From the NCBI GenBank assembly GCA_020248405.1, contig JADCHQ010000042.1:228-64227 (forward strand): a DNA stretch of 64,000 bases, in the 5' to 3' direction. The notes beneath the pieces are model-generated. The model did not search any database and was not told the origin of the DNA. It saw nothing but the letters and a program-made list of their open reading frames with translations. This document shows, piece by piece, positions 9,545 to 19,297 of the stretch (its first letter is position 1; the number at the start of each line of letters is the position of its first letter). The position numbers and the translations under genes are program-made. The stretch is from Rhodocyclaceae bacterium. Its GTDB lineage: Bacteria; Pseudomonadota; Gammaproteobacteria; Burkholderiales; Ga0077523.

Positions 9545-10711
9545 TTACGCCACCAACACATCCTCCACCGGCCGCCGCGGGCTCGGCTGGGCCTCATTCA
9601 GCGGATAGCCCAGGCGGAAGGGCATGAGCGCCTGCCAGGCGTCGTTGCCCACCAGTTCGGCAAGCAAGCGGCCGAAGCGCGGATCGAGCCCGGTGGTGGC
9701 CTCGCGGTCGGCGCGCTCGGGCATCTGGTTGAGGGGCTGCATGGCGATGCCGCGCGCGGTGGCCCACAGGTGCAGGCGTTGCCACAGGCGGCCCCCGGCC
9801 AGGCGCTGCGCCGGATCGCGCGGGTTGCGCGCCAGCACGATGCCGTAGGCGGCCGCAGTAGCCACGTGGACCTTGCGCGTGGCGTCCAGCCAGCCCGCGT
9901 CGCTTGCCTTCATGGACATGTCGGGCAGCATCTTCACCAGCGCCAGCAGCGCCGGCGGCAGGCCGGCGGCGTCGAGGGTGACGCCATCGCGGTGCCGCTG
10001 CAGGGCCTGCCATTCGGCGCGCACCCAGCGCCAGCTGTCGGCGGACTGTTCGCGGTCGGCGATGATGGCCTGGGTGCCTGCCACCACGCCCTCGGCTGCG
10101 CGGGCCCGCTCCGCGGGGGTGCGCAGCCAGCGCAGCGCCACATCGGGCAGGCCCTCGGCCAGCGCATCCATGCCGGCGAACAGCGAATCTTCGAGCACGC
10201 GCCCTGGATCGTAGGTACCCCGATGGGTGTGGCGGCGCGCGATGGCCTCCTACAGCGGGTGTGGCCTGGCGTCGGCACGGGACAGCGTGATGCGTGCGGC
10301 CAGTGCGGGGGCGGCGGCGTCGGGCACCAGGGCCACCGTGGCGTTCCAGCCGAGCGCGGGCGCGGCCACCAGCAGGTTCTCCAGCGCGCAGCCCACGCCC
10401 ATCCACTGCTCGCGGCGCAGCGGGTCGATGGTGCCGATGTGGCGGCCCGCGTCCACGCCGAGCTCGATGCCCGTGTCGCCCACGCGAAACAGCCATGGCT
10501 GGGTGTTGTGCGGGCTGGCGGCCAGGATGGCCGCGTGCACCAGCGCCAGGGGCGAGGCCCGCTCCGCCGGCGGCCAGCGGGACCACGGCTCGTAGGCCGG
10601 GCCGGTGCCAGCGGCAAACACGCCCTGGTGGGCAGCGCACCAGGCGCCCGCGGCAACAACCGCGGCAGCGGCCACGCCAGCACCTGCCACGATTCGACGA
10701 CGATTGTTCAT
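9545..10711 (-). pseudogene. Tat-signal nitroreductase-family (Acg-like) gene interrupted by one in-frame TAG
   Basis: Track ORFs 10250..10711 and 9545..10198 are in the same frame, separated only by TAG at 10250..10252 (...RADARPHPL*EAIARRHTHRGTYDPGRV...). The N-terminus MNNRRRIVAGAG is a twin-arginine signal. The joined product is colinear with the intact paralog at 10813..12006. Confidence 0.8.
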
Positions 10712-10812
10712 GGGTTGGGCTCTGCCAAGAAAGTGAAAATCATTCTGTCACGCCACTCCGGCACGCTGGCGGCTGATGACTGGCGTGGCCGTGCCGAGCC
10801 GGGGCGTACTGC

Positions 10813-12006
10813 TCACGCTTGGATCAGGGCATCCACCCCGCGCCGTGGCGCCGGGGGCGGTGCGGCCACGTTCGCCGGCAGATAACCCACCCGCGCCAGC
10901 ATCTGGACGGTGTGACGCGGCGCCGGAGCGCCGAGCAGCGCATGGATGGCGCGAAACTGAGCTGCCACCTGCGGGTATTCCTGCAGGGCCTGCTCGTTCG
11001 GGTGCATGGCCAAACCGGCCGCGGCGCCGGCCAGATTCAATCGCACGTAGGCACGGCCCGCGAGGAGTTGCTGAGGGCGGGTGTTGCCCTCGGTGACGAT
11101 CCACAGGTAGGCAGGCGTGGATGCGGTGATGGCATTGAACTCCTTGATCTGGGTCTGCGTGACCGTCGAGTCGGGCGCCGGAAACCGGGTGCGGTCCCAC
11201 ATCCCGAGCCTGACCAGCGTCACCGGCAGCGGCCGGGTGATGGCGATGCCATCGCGATGCCGGTCGATCTCGGCACTGCCCACTCTCAACACCTGCAAGG
11301 TCTCCATCAACGGCGCCTCGGTCGTCATTTCCTGGCGCCAGGCGTCCCGCGCGATGGTGCGAATGGCCTCCACCCGCTCGACCTCCGGCGCACCCGCACC
11401 GGCACGGCCCGCGAGGCCGAAGGTGACGGGCAGCCCCGCCACTGCAGCGCCCAGGTGCGCCGCGTCGGCCGCGGCGATGGGGCGCGTTGCATCGTAGGCG
11501 CGCCGGTCGGTGCGGCGCGTGAGCACCCGGGCAAACAGCGGATCGCGAGGGGCAGTGGCGTCTGCTACGAGCCGAACCCGCGCAAAGGGTCTTGCGTCCA
11601 GGGTTTCGCCGGGCTCACCCTCCGGAAACAGCGCCACCTCCGCGCGGTGCCCGCGCTCCGCGGCTGCCATCACCAGCAACTCCAGGAAGGCGCCGGCGCC
11701 CATCAGGGTCTGCCGGCCATGGGGGTCGGTAGCCGGCAACAGGCGCTGCGTGTCCAGGCGCAGGGCGATCTCCCCGGGAACCCGCAGGTCCGCCACCCAC
11801 GGCTGCATGTTGTGGGGATTGGGCGCGAGGATCGCGTAGGAAAGCACCCAGCGCCGTGGATCGGCATCAGGCCCCGGCCCCTGCCAGGCCGCAACCGCCG
11901 ACGGGGGCACACCGAAACCGGCGCAACCGCCAAGCGAACCCGCTGCCACGGCCATCACCACCCCGCCGCCGGCCAGGCGGATGAAGCGTCTGCGTTCCAT
12001 CGTCAT
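10813..12006 (-). CDS. Tat-signal, lipobox-bearing nitroreductase-family (Acg-like) protein
   Basis: Track ORF 10813..12315. Start at ATG 12006 (MTMERRRFIRLAGGGVVMAVAAGSLGGCAG). Conserved APNPHNMQPW block. Paralog of 9545..10711. Confidence 0.85.
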   Translation of the reverse strand: MTMERRRFIRLAGGGVVMAVAAGSLGGCAGFGVPPSAVAAWQGPGPDADPRRWVLSYAILAPNPHNMQPWVADLRVPGEIALRLDTQRLLPATDPHGRQTLMGAGAFLELLVMAAAERGHRAEVALFPEGEPGETLDARPFARVRLVADATAPRDPLFARVLTRRTDRRAYDATRPIAAADAAHLGAAVAGLPVTFGLAGRAGAGAPEVERVEAIRTIARDAWRQEMTTEAPLMETLQVLRVGSAEIDRHRDGIAITRPLPVTLVRLGMWDRTRFPAPDSTVTQTQIKEFNAITASTPAYLWIVTEGNTRPQQLLAGRAYVRLNLAGAAAGLAMHPNEQALQEYPQVAAQFRAIHALLGAPAPRHTVQMLARVGYLPANVAAPPPAPRRGVDALIQA

Positions 12007-12160
12007 CTCCCTTGTGTGTCGGCTCCGGCCCCCAGCCCGCTGCCCGCGAAAGCGCGGTGCATGGTCGCCGCGCCCAGCACAAAGCCTGAATGCGGCCATG
12101 CTAGGCTTCGAGCTTACATTTCTATTGCCATGCGGCGCCATGTTCTTGTGATCCCGCGCC

Positions 12161-13173
12161 ATGACCGCTGAACCACCGCTGCTGCCAGCCACCTCGCTGC
12201 ATGCACTGCTGGCGGGCTTTCGCGAACTGGGTCTGGACACCGCGCGAATCGCCGCGAGCCTCGAGGACCTTCCCCCCGCCGAGGCCGGCACTCTCGTGCC
12301 CGCCGCGCTGTACAAGAAAGCCTGGTGGGAGGCGGGCCACGCCTACGGCAAACCGGCGCTTGCCACGGCAACGGGCCTGGCGGTTCCCTTCGGCGCGTTC
12401 GGCATGGTCGACTACCTGTGCGGCAGCGCAGCCACCGTGGCCCGGGGTTTCGAATCGCTGGTCCTGCACTACCGGCTGGTGGCCCTGAACAACCGCGTGG
12501 AGCTGGAGGCCATACCCGGGGGCTGGCGGGTAGCCGTGCGTCCGCTCGTCACCATGGAGCCCCACGTGGACGAGTTCACGCTGGCCGTGCTGGTGGGGCG
12601 GTTCCGGCGGCTCACCGACGGCGCCCTGACGCCCTCGCGGCTGCTGCTCCGGGGCGGCTGGACCGAATCGGCGGAACGCACCGCACTGCTCGGCTGCCCG
12701 GTGCTGGGTCGGCAATCCGTGTCGGCCCTGGAGATCGGTGCATCGCAGTGGAAGATACCGATCACCCGCGCCGACCCCGTGCTGCACAGCATGCTGGCGC
12801 GGATGGCGGCCGGGAAGCTGTCCCGGGGCGTGAACCGCACACCGCTGGAGACGGCGCTGCGCGCCCGGTTGCGCGACGCGCTCGACGATGGCGACGCGGA
12901 CGTGGCGCGCATGGCCCGGTTGAGGGCCTGTCGGTACGCACGCTCCAGCGCCGCCTTGCCCGGAAAAGCCGCAGCTTCGCGGCATTGGTGGACGACTTCC
13001 GTTGCGAGGAATCCGTGCGCCTGCTGTCCGACCCGGCAATGCCGCTGTCCCTGGTGGCTGGCCGGCTGGGCTATGCCGAGCAGGCCTCCTTCACCCGGGC
13101 CTTTGTCCGCTGGCAGGACACCTCGCCCGGCAAGTGGCGCCGGGAGGCGCATGCATCATCGACCCTGGGCTGA
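12161..13173 (+). pseudogene. AraC-family transcriptional regulator with a frameshift before the HTH domain
   Basis: The N-terminal effector-type domain is in the frame of ORF 12161..13261. The AraC HTH (GLSVRTLQRRLARKSRSFAALVDDFR...LGYAEQASFTRAFVRWQDTSPGKWRR) is in the frame of ORF 12325..13173. The junction is near 12915..12925. Confidence 0.75.
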
Positions 13174-13200
13174 CTGGGGACTAGAACGGCTTTCTGGCCC

Positions 13201-14184
13201 TCACTTCGGCGCCCCGCCCGACTTGAGTCGCGCGGCATCACCCTCCAGCCCCGCCTTCTGAAATCCCAGCGCGGTCAGGCGCAGCGCACTGCGCTGAGCT
13301 GTCTGCCCAGAAATTTTGCTGCAAAGCACCTCCGCGATCATCGGATCACCGCCACTTGCCAGATCCTCAACCATCGCGAGAAGGGTCAAGTCCTTCATCC
13401 GGCCCGGCTTGAGACCGTCGCATACCCGCAGCATCTCTTCAAATCGGCGTCTGCGATTCAGCTCGAGAATCACTTCAGCGCGGGTCTCATGGGAGTACTT
13501 GTCATGCTTCTTGATTCGAGCAAGCGTCGCCAAAGCCGAGTCCACATCGCCTTTTCGGAGATAGGCATGGCAAAGCGCGTGCAGCGGCCCTTGGCTTGCC
13601 TTGAAAGGATAGCGGTGAGCAGCGTCGAGAAGAAGCTGTGCTTGCTCCGTCGAGCCCTGGAGGGCGCACATCGTTGCGAGTCTTTCCAGCAACTGAGCCT
13701 TCTCGATTGAGCGGTCGGCGAGAAACGACATTGCCTCGAGAGCTGCCACACGATCCCCTTCACGCGCCGCCACCATCGCCTTTTCGAGGTTTCGGTTGAT
13801 CCTGCGTACCACAGCCGGATCGCCTCCAAAAATCACGGCCAAAGAAGACGTGGCCATCGAGGCGTAATCCATTTCCGCCAATGGAATGGGCTTGTAGATC
13901 TCGTCCAGTTCAGAAAACAGCTGTTCATTTTCCCCAGACAATGCGAGACGAAGCAAAGTTGAGTCCTCGGCTGAAGCACTACCACCACCACCGCCAAGCG
14001 CGCTCGCCCAGAGTTGCTCCGCCTTGGCCGGCTCGCCTCGCTGTTGGTATGCGATGGCCAACAACCCGTATGCGCGGGTCAACAGAAGGGTATCCGTCAG
14101 CTTGGCCGCAAGCGATTCGCCAGCCTGCAGATCGCCACGGGAAACACGCTCTTCAAGCTCTTTCAGGGTGGCTCTTTCCGACAT
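13201..14184 (-). CDS. TPR-like helical-repeat protein, function unknown
   Basis: Track ORF 13201..14307. Start at ATG 14184 (MSERATLKELEE). Repeated A/L-rich helix pairs (LLAIAYQQRGEPAKAEQLW, ALCHAYLRKGDVDSALATL). AT-richer than the core genes. Confidence 0.6.
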   Translation of the reverse strand: MSERATLKELEERVSRGDLQAGESLAAKLTDTLLLTRAYGLLAIAYQQRGEPAKAEQLWASALGGGGGSASAEDSTLLRLALSGENEQLFSELDEIYKPIPLAEMDYASMATSSLAVIFGGDPAVVRRINRNLEKAMVAAREGDRVAALEAMSFLADRSIEKAQLLERLATMCALQGSTEQAQLLLDAAHRYPFKASQGPLHALCHAYLRKGDVDSALATLARIKKHDKYSHETRAEVILELNRRRRFEEMLRVCDGLKPGRMKDLTLLAMVEDLASGGDPMIAEVLCSKISGQTAQRSALRLTALGFQKAGLEGDAARLKSGGAPK

Positions 14185-14258
14185 GGCAACTCCAATTGGG
14201 CGCGGGACGGCCGCTACGCCGAAGACTGCTGCACTGACCCACTTTGGCGCTGCGCCCG

Positions 14259-14759
14259 GTTCAGTCGCGTGTCTTGTTCCGAATCCACCACCGTCGTCAT
14301 CCAGCAAAGCTTCACGTCGCTGCAGATGTCGGCCATCGCCGGGCTGTCGTGGTGGAGCTTGTACTTTCGCTTCTTCAGCGGCTTTGCAGTAGCGAGCAGA
14401 TCATCGAGTTCCTGGGTGCCCTGCGGCGCATGATCGGACGAAAGCTGCGGGTAATCTGGCATGGGGTGGGTTGTCAAAAGAGCCGCCAAGTGCGCCAGTG
14501 GCTAGAAGCCCACAACGGCCAGATCGCCATCGCGTTCCTGCCCCCACAGGCCTTGGACCTCAATCCGGTGAAGGCGATCTTGGCGTACCTGAAGAAGCAA
14601 GAGATCGCCAAGGTGTGTCCGACCACGCTCACGGAAGCAGGCGACTTCGCGCGCTGGCGACTGATGTCGATGCAGTGTCGCCCGAAACTGACCCGAGCGT
14701 TCTGGCAACAGACAGAACTGGCGCTGTGGATCGTCATGAATTTCGCGGATTCTCACTAA
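14259..14759 (+). mobile_element. Degenerate 5'-truncated IS630-family transposase remnant (DDE_3 C-terminal part)
   Basis: Pieces lie in two frames: VLFRIHH / SLQMSAIAGLSWWSLYFRFF / SEQIIEFLGALRRMIGRKLRVIWHGVGCQKSRQVRQWL...IAFLPPQALDLNPVKAILAYLKKQEI...RPKLTRAFWQQTEL. They are colinear with IS630-type transposase C-termini. Catalytic positions look replaced (WHG for WDG, NPVK for NPVE). Confidence 0.7.
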
Positions 14760-15095
14760 GTTGTCAGCGGCGCGTTCCAGTCACGGCAGATCAAAGTCTT
14801 GACATAGTCATTCGGCTGTTTTCGCCAAACGCTTGTGGTGGGACGTTTGCTATCCGATGTAGGTCGCATTTCACATCGCATTCCCCACACACTCTGCCGC
14901 GATAATCAAGGTACCCAGCAATTGCCAGCGCTGCTACGAACAACTGGTGGAGTCGTTTCGCAACGACGCCGGCCAGTCCCGGCAGCGCAAGGTATGGCCA
15001 CGTCGGACTTGGTCACTGTGGCGGGCATAGCGGCAACGTCCCTCCAAGATTGGGCGCCGAATCGTCACACGTCACGGGCGACGCGCGATCCGTGA

Positions 15096-15854
15096 TCAGG
15101 CAAACGCCGCCAGTGCGCCGATCACCGCGTCGCGGCAATCCACGTGGGGCGAGTGGCGGCAGCCGGGCAGCATGAGCACCCGAGCGCCGCCGGGCACCTG
15201 CGCGGCGATGGCGTCCACCTGGGCGCGGGTGCCGTACTGGTCGTCCTCCCCCTGGATCACCAGCACCGGGCAGGAGATGCGCGGAAGGTAATGCTCGATA
15301 TTCCAGGCGCGGAAATCCGGGTGCAGCCAGATGTGGTTCCAGCCGCAGAAGGCGCTCTCCACGTGGTCGTGGTAGCGGCCCAGGCGGCGGGGCAGGTCGG
15401 TGGTTTGCCATGCCACCGCGGCCTCGGCGATGCTGGCCACGGTGAGTTCTTCCACGAACACGTGCGGGGCCATGGCCACCACGCCGCGCACGGCGTGCCC
15501 TGCGCCGGCGTGGATGAGGGCGATGCTGGCGCCGTCGCTGTGGCCCACCAGCACGGGCGAGGCGATGTCCAGCGCGCCCAGCACCTGGGGCAGCACCTCC
15601 AGCGCCTCGCGGTGCATGTAGTCCACGGCGCGCGGCCCTGGCAGCGGGTCGGAGCGCCCGTAGCCATGGCGCGAATACACCAGCGCCGGACTGCCCGTGG
15701 CGGCGGCCACGGCATCGGGAAAGTCCTTCCACAGCGCGGTGGAGCCCAGGCCCTCGTGCAGGAACACCAGCACGGGCCTGGCGGCATCGCCAGCGATGCG
15801 GCGGTACTCGAGCCGGTGCCCTCCGGCGTGCAGGAAACAGACGGTTTCGCTCAT
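15096..15854 (-). CDS. Alpha/beta-fold hydrolase
   Basis: Track ORF 15096..15935. Start at ATG 15854. HEGLGS oxyanion region, nucleophile elbow GHSDG, C-terminal His region (GCRHSPH). Last gene of the CoA-ligase/ABC operon. Confidence 0.8.
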   Translation of the reverse strand: MSETVCFLHAGGHRLEYRRIAGDAARPVLVFLHEGLGSTALWKDFPDAVAAATGSPALVYSRHGYGRSDPLPGPRAVDYMHREALEVLPQVLGALDIASPVLVGHSDGASIALIHAGAGHAVRGVVAMAPHVFVEELTVASIAEAAVAWQTTDLPRRLGRYHDHVESAFCGWNHIWLHPDFRAWNIEHYLPRISCPVLVIQGEDDQYGTRAQVDAIAAQVPGGARVLMLPGCRHSPHVDCRDAVIGALAAFA

Positions 15855-15915
15855 CGGATCGTGGCGCGCGGGGTCAGAGCTCGACTGGCTCCAGGCCGCC
15901 TGTGGTGCAACGGGG

Positions 15916-16635
15916 TCAGACCCCGAGGTGCGCATGGGCCACCTCCGGCGCTTCGCGCAGTTGTGCGCTCGCGCCGTCGAACACCACCCGCCCCTTCACC
16001 AGGATCACGCAGCGGTCGGTGACAGAATTCACGGCGGCGAAGTTCTTGTCCACGATCACCGTGGCGATGCCGCTGGCGCGGATCTCCTCCACCATGCGCC
16101 AGATGTGGCGCGCCACCAGCGGCGCCAGGCCCTCGGTGGCCTCGTCCAGGAGCAGCAGGTCGGGGTTGGTCATGAGGGCACGGCCAATGGTGAGCATCTG
16201 CTGCTCGCCGCCCGAGAGCTGCTGGCCGCCGTGGGACAGCCGCTCGGCGAGCCGCGGAAAGGCGTGCAATACGCGCTCCAGGGTCCAGTCGCGCCGGCCA
16301 TGCACGCCGGGGCGGGCGGCCATCACCAGGTTCTCGCGCACGCTCAGGTTGGGAAAGATTCCGCGGCCCTCGGGCACCCAGGCGATGCCCTGGCGCGCCA
16401 CGCGGTACGGCGCGCCGCCGGTGGCCTCGCGGCCGCGCACGCGCACTTGCCCGCCGCGCGGGCGCACGATGCCCATGAAGCCCTTGAGGAGCGTGGTCTT
16501 GCCCATGCCGTTGCGGCCCATCAGGCCGACCGCCTCGCCGGCGCGAACAGTGAAGTCCACTCCGTGCAGCACGCGGCTCGCGCCGTAGCCGACCTCCAGG
16601 CCTCGCGCCTCCAGCAGCGTCTCGCGCTCAGGCAT
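15916..16635 (-). CDS. Branched-chain-type (HAAT family) ABC transporter ATP-binding protein, LivF-like
   Basis: Walker A GRNGMGKTT, signature LSGGEQQML, Walker B LLLLDE. Overlaps the upstream ATPase gene by 8 nt. Confidence 0.9.
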   Translation of the reverse strand: MPERETLLEARGLEVGYGASRVLHGVDFTVRAGEAVGLMGRNGMGKTTLLKGFMGIVRPRGGQVRVRGREATGGAPYRVARQGIAWVPEGRGIFPNLSVRENLVMAARPGVHGRRDWTLERVLHAFPRLAERLSHGGQQLSGGEQQMLTIGRALMTNPDLLLLDEATEGLAPLVARHIWRMVEEIRASGIATVIVDKNFAAVNSVTDRCVILVKGRVVFDGASAQLREAPEVAHAHLGV

Positions 16636-17383
16636 GGGACTCGTCTCCCAGATAGGCGCGTCGCACCTCGGGATGCTCGCGCACGGTCGCGGGCGGGCCG
16701 CTGGCGATGACCCGCCCGTTGGCCATCACCGTGAGCGTATCGGCCAGGGCGAACACCGCGTCCATGTCGTGCTCCACCAGCACAATGGCGTGATCGGGCC
16801 GAAGCCGCCGCAGCAGCGCCACGATGCCCGCCGACTCCTCTGCGCCCATGCCGGCCAGCGGCTCGTCGAGCAGCAGCACGCGGGGGCGCGTGGCCAGCGC
16901 CATGGCGATCTCCACATGGCGCTGTTCGCCGTGGGAGAGCGTGGCCACCACCGCGTGGCGGCGCGGCTCGAGCCCGGTCGCTTCGAGCGCGCGGCCGGCG
17001 GCCTCGTTCACCTGCGCGAAGGAAGACGCCGGCCTCAGGAAGCGCATCGAGGTGGCCAGCCGCGACTGGGCCGCGAGCCGGCAGTTTTCGAACACCGTGA
17101 AGGGCAGGAACACATTGGTCTTCTGGTAGCTGCGCCCCAGGCCCAGGTGCGAGCGACGCGCCGGGCCGAGGCGCGAGACGTCCCGGCCGTCCAGCACGAT
17201 GCACCCGCCGCTGGGGGCCAGATCGCCGGAGAGCAGGTTCACCAGCGTGCTCTTGCCCGCGCCGTTGGGGCCGATCACCGCGTGCACCTCGCCCATGGCC
17301 ACCGCCAGGGACACGCCGTCCACGGCAGCCAGGCCGCCGAAGCGCCGGGCGAGGTTGTCCGCGGCCAGCACCGCAGCGCTCAC
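16628..17383 (-). CDS. HAAT-family ABC transporter ATP-binding protein, LivG-like
   Basis: C-terminal 251 codons of track ORF 16628..18349. GTG 17383 overlaps the permease stop (GTGA). Walker A GPNGAGKST, signature LSHGEQRHV, Walker B LLLLDEP. Confidence 0.9.
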   Translation of the reverse strand: MSAAVLAADNLARRFGGLAAVDGVSLAVAMGEVHAVIGPNGAGKSTLVNLLSGDLAPSGGCIVLDGRDVSRLGPARRSHLGLGRSYQKTNVFLPFTVFENCRLAAQSRLATSMRFLRPASSFAQVNEAAGRALEATGLEPRRHAVVATLSHGEQRHVEIAMALATRPRVLLLDEPLAGMGAEESAGIVALLRRLRPDHAIVLVEHDMDAVFALADTLTVMANGRVIASGPPATVREHPEVRRAYLGDESHA

Positions 17384-18363
17384 GCGGCGCCCTCCCGCAC
17401 GGAGGCCTCGGCTGCCACCGCACGCGGCGGCCGCACCCGTCGCCACAGCCCGGCCAGCCCGTCGGGCAGGAACAGCGCCACCGCCACGATCACCGCGCCC
17501 ATGGGCAGCTGCCAGTGACGGGTGAAGCCCTGGAAGAAAAGCTCCATGCCCCACCACACCGCCGCGCCCAGGGCCGGCCCCGTCAGCGAGCCCATGCCGC
17601 CCAGGATCACCATCAGCAGCACCGCCCCCGACTGGTGCCAGCCCAGCGACTCGGGGTTCACCACGCCGAACTGGCACGCCGACAGGTAGCCCGCCAGCCC
17701 CGCCAGCGCGCCGGCGAGGACGAAGGCCACCAGCTTGTAGCGCACCGTGGCGAAGCCCAGCGCGCGCATGCGGTGCTCGTTGACGCGGATGCCGTCGAGC
17801 ACCCGCCCGAAGGGCGAGGCGCGCAGCCGCGCCAGGAACACCAGCACCAGCGCGCACGCCGCCAGCACCACCCAGTGGAAATGCCGGTACTGCTCCAGGT
17901 CGAACAGCGCCACGCCGAACAGCGTGCCCGCCGGCCGCGCGAAGATCTGCAGGCCGTCCGAGCCGCCGGCGAAGTCGCCGTCGTGGAACAGGTGGAACAG
18001 CATCTGCCCGAAGGCGAGCGTGGCCATGAGGAAGTACACGCCCCGGGTACGCACCACCAGCGCGCCGATGGCCAGCGCCAGCAGCGCCGCAACGCCCACC
18101 GCCATGGCCAGCGTACTCCACAGCGGCGCTGCATCGTACTCGGGCGAGGCGAGCGCCAGCACGTAGCCGGCCACGCCGAAGAAGCCCGCATGGCCCAGGC
18201 TCACCAGGCCGGCCTGCCCGACCAGCAGGTTCAGGCTGCTGGCGAACAGGGCGAAGATCAGCACCTTCGAGGCAAACTGCACTGCGAACTTGTCGGCGAA
18301 CCAGGGCATGGCCGCCAGCAGCGCCAGGCCCGCCGCCACCGCCGCCCACTGCAGGCGCGTCAC
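17380..18363 (-). CDS. HAAT-family ABC transporter permease, LivM-like
   Basis: Track ORF, multi-TM, typical LivM-type sequence (LSLGHAGFFGVGAY-like block). Confidence 0.9.
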   Translation of the reverse strand: MTRLQWAAVAAGLALLAAMPWFADKFAVQFASKVLIFALFASSLNLLVGQAGLVSLGHAGFFGVAGYVLALASPEYDAAPLWSTLAMAVGVAALLALAIGALVVRTRGVYFLMATLAFGQMLFHLFHDGDFAGGSDGLQIFARPAGTLFGVALFDLEQYRHFHWVVLAACALVLVFLARLRASPFGRVLDGIRVNEHRMRALGFATVRYKLVAFVLAGALAGLAGYLSACQFGVVNPESLGWHQSGAVLLMVILGGMGSLTGPALGAAVWWGMELFFQGFTRHWQLPMGAVIVAVALFLPDGLAGLWRRVRPPRAVAAEASVREGAA

Positions 18364-18373
18364 GAGCCGCTCC

Positions 18374-19270
18374 TCACGGGCGCCGCCCGAACAGCCCCTC
18401 GGGGCGCCACAGCAGGACCGCGGCCATGAGCAGGTACACGCTCATGCCCGCGAGCTGCGGCAGCAGCTTCACGCCCGCCACCTCCAGGGTGACCACCTTG
18501 CCGAAGGTGTCCACCAGGCCGATGAGCAGCGCGGCCACGAAGGCGCCCTTCACCGAGCCGATGCCGCCGATCACCACCACCACGAAGCACAGGATCAGCA
18601 CCTGGTTGCCCATGCCCGGATACACCGAGGACACCGGCGCGGCCATCATGCCCGCCAGGCCCGCCAGGGCGATACCCGTGGAGAACACGCCCAGCTGCAC
18701 CCATTTGATGGGGATTCCCAGGGCCTCGGCCATCTCGCGGTTGGAGGCCCCGGCGCGCACCATCATGCCCACGCGGGTGGCACGGATCACCCACGCCATG
18801 GCCAGGGCCAGCGCCAGGCAGGCGCCTGACAGGGCGAGGCGGTACACGGGATAGGACAGGGTGTCGGTGAGCGGCAGCGAGCCCGACAGCAGCGCCGGCA
18901 CGGCCACCGCGTGCACATCGTCGCCGAACAGCAGGCTGCGCGACTCCTCGAGGATGAGGATCAGGCCGAAGGTGAGCAGCACCTGGTGGAGGTGGTCGCG
19001 GGCGTAGAGCCGCCGCACGAACAGCCACTCCACGGCCGCGCCGAGCAGCACGGTGAGCGGGATGCCCAGCGCCAGCGCGGCCCAGAAGCTGCCCGTGAGC
19101 TCGGCCAGCGACCACGCCAGGTAAGCGCCCACCATGGTGAAGGCGCCGTGGGCCAGGTTGATCACGCCCATGATGCCGAACACCAGCGTGAGGCCGCTGG
19201 CGATCAGGAACAGCAGCAGGCCGTACTGGAGCGCGTTGAGCAGCTGGATGAAGAAGGTGGCAAGGTCCAT
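18374..19270 (-). CDS. HAAT-family ABC transporter permease, LivH-like
   Basis: Track ORF 18374..19273 (ATG at 19270). Multi-TM, with a LivH-type N-terminus MDLATFFIQLLNALQYGLLLFLIASGLTLVFG. Confidence 0.9.
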   Translation of the reverse strand: MDLATFFIQLLNALQYGLLLFLIASGLTLVFGIMGVINLAHGAFTMVGAYLAWSLAELTGSFWAALALGIPLTVLLGAAVEWLFVRRLYARDHLHQVLLTFGLILILEESRSLLFGDDVHAVAVPALLSGSLPLTDTLSYPVYRLALSGACLALALAMAWVIRATRVGMMVRAGASNREMAEALGIPIKWVQLGVFSTGIALAGLAGMMAAPVSSVYPGMGNQVLILCFVVVVIGGIGSVKGAFVAALLIGLVDTFGKVVTLEVAGVKLLPQLAGMSVYLLMAAVLLWRPEGLFGRRP

Positions 19271-19297
19271 CACGCGGTCATCGCGCGCGGGCCTGGG

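Noticed and set aside
16628-18349. 573-aa ORF suggesting a giant LivG fusion. Similar 5'-extended ORFs are 23790..25619, 32348..33946, 33436..34875, 34835..36379, 41029..42576, 44570..46063 and 20482..22281.
   Set aside because: Only the C-terminal parts encode recognisable proteins. The N-terminal extensions overlap the real upstream genes in another frame and are low-complexity. Internal starts with RBS or stop-start overlaps (ATGA/GTGA) fit much better.
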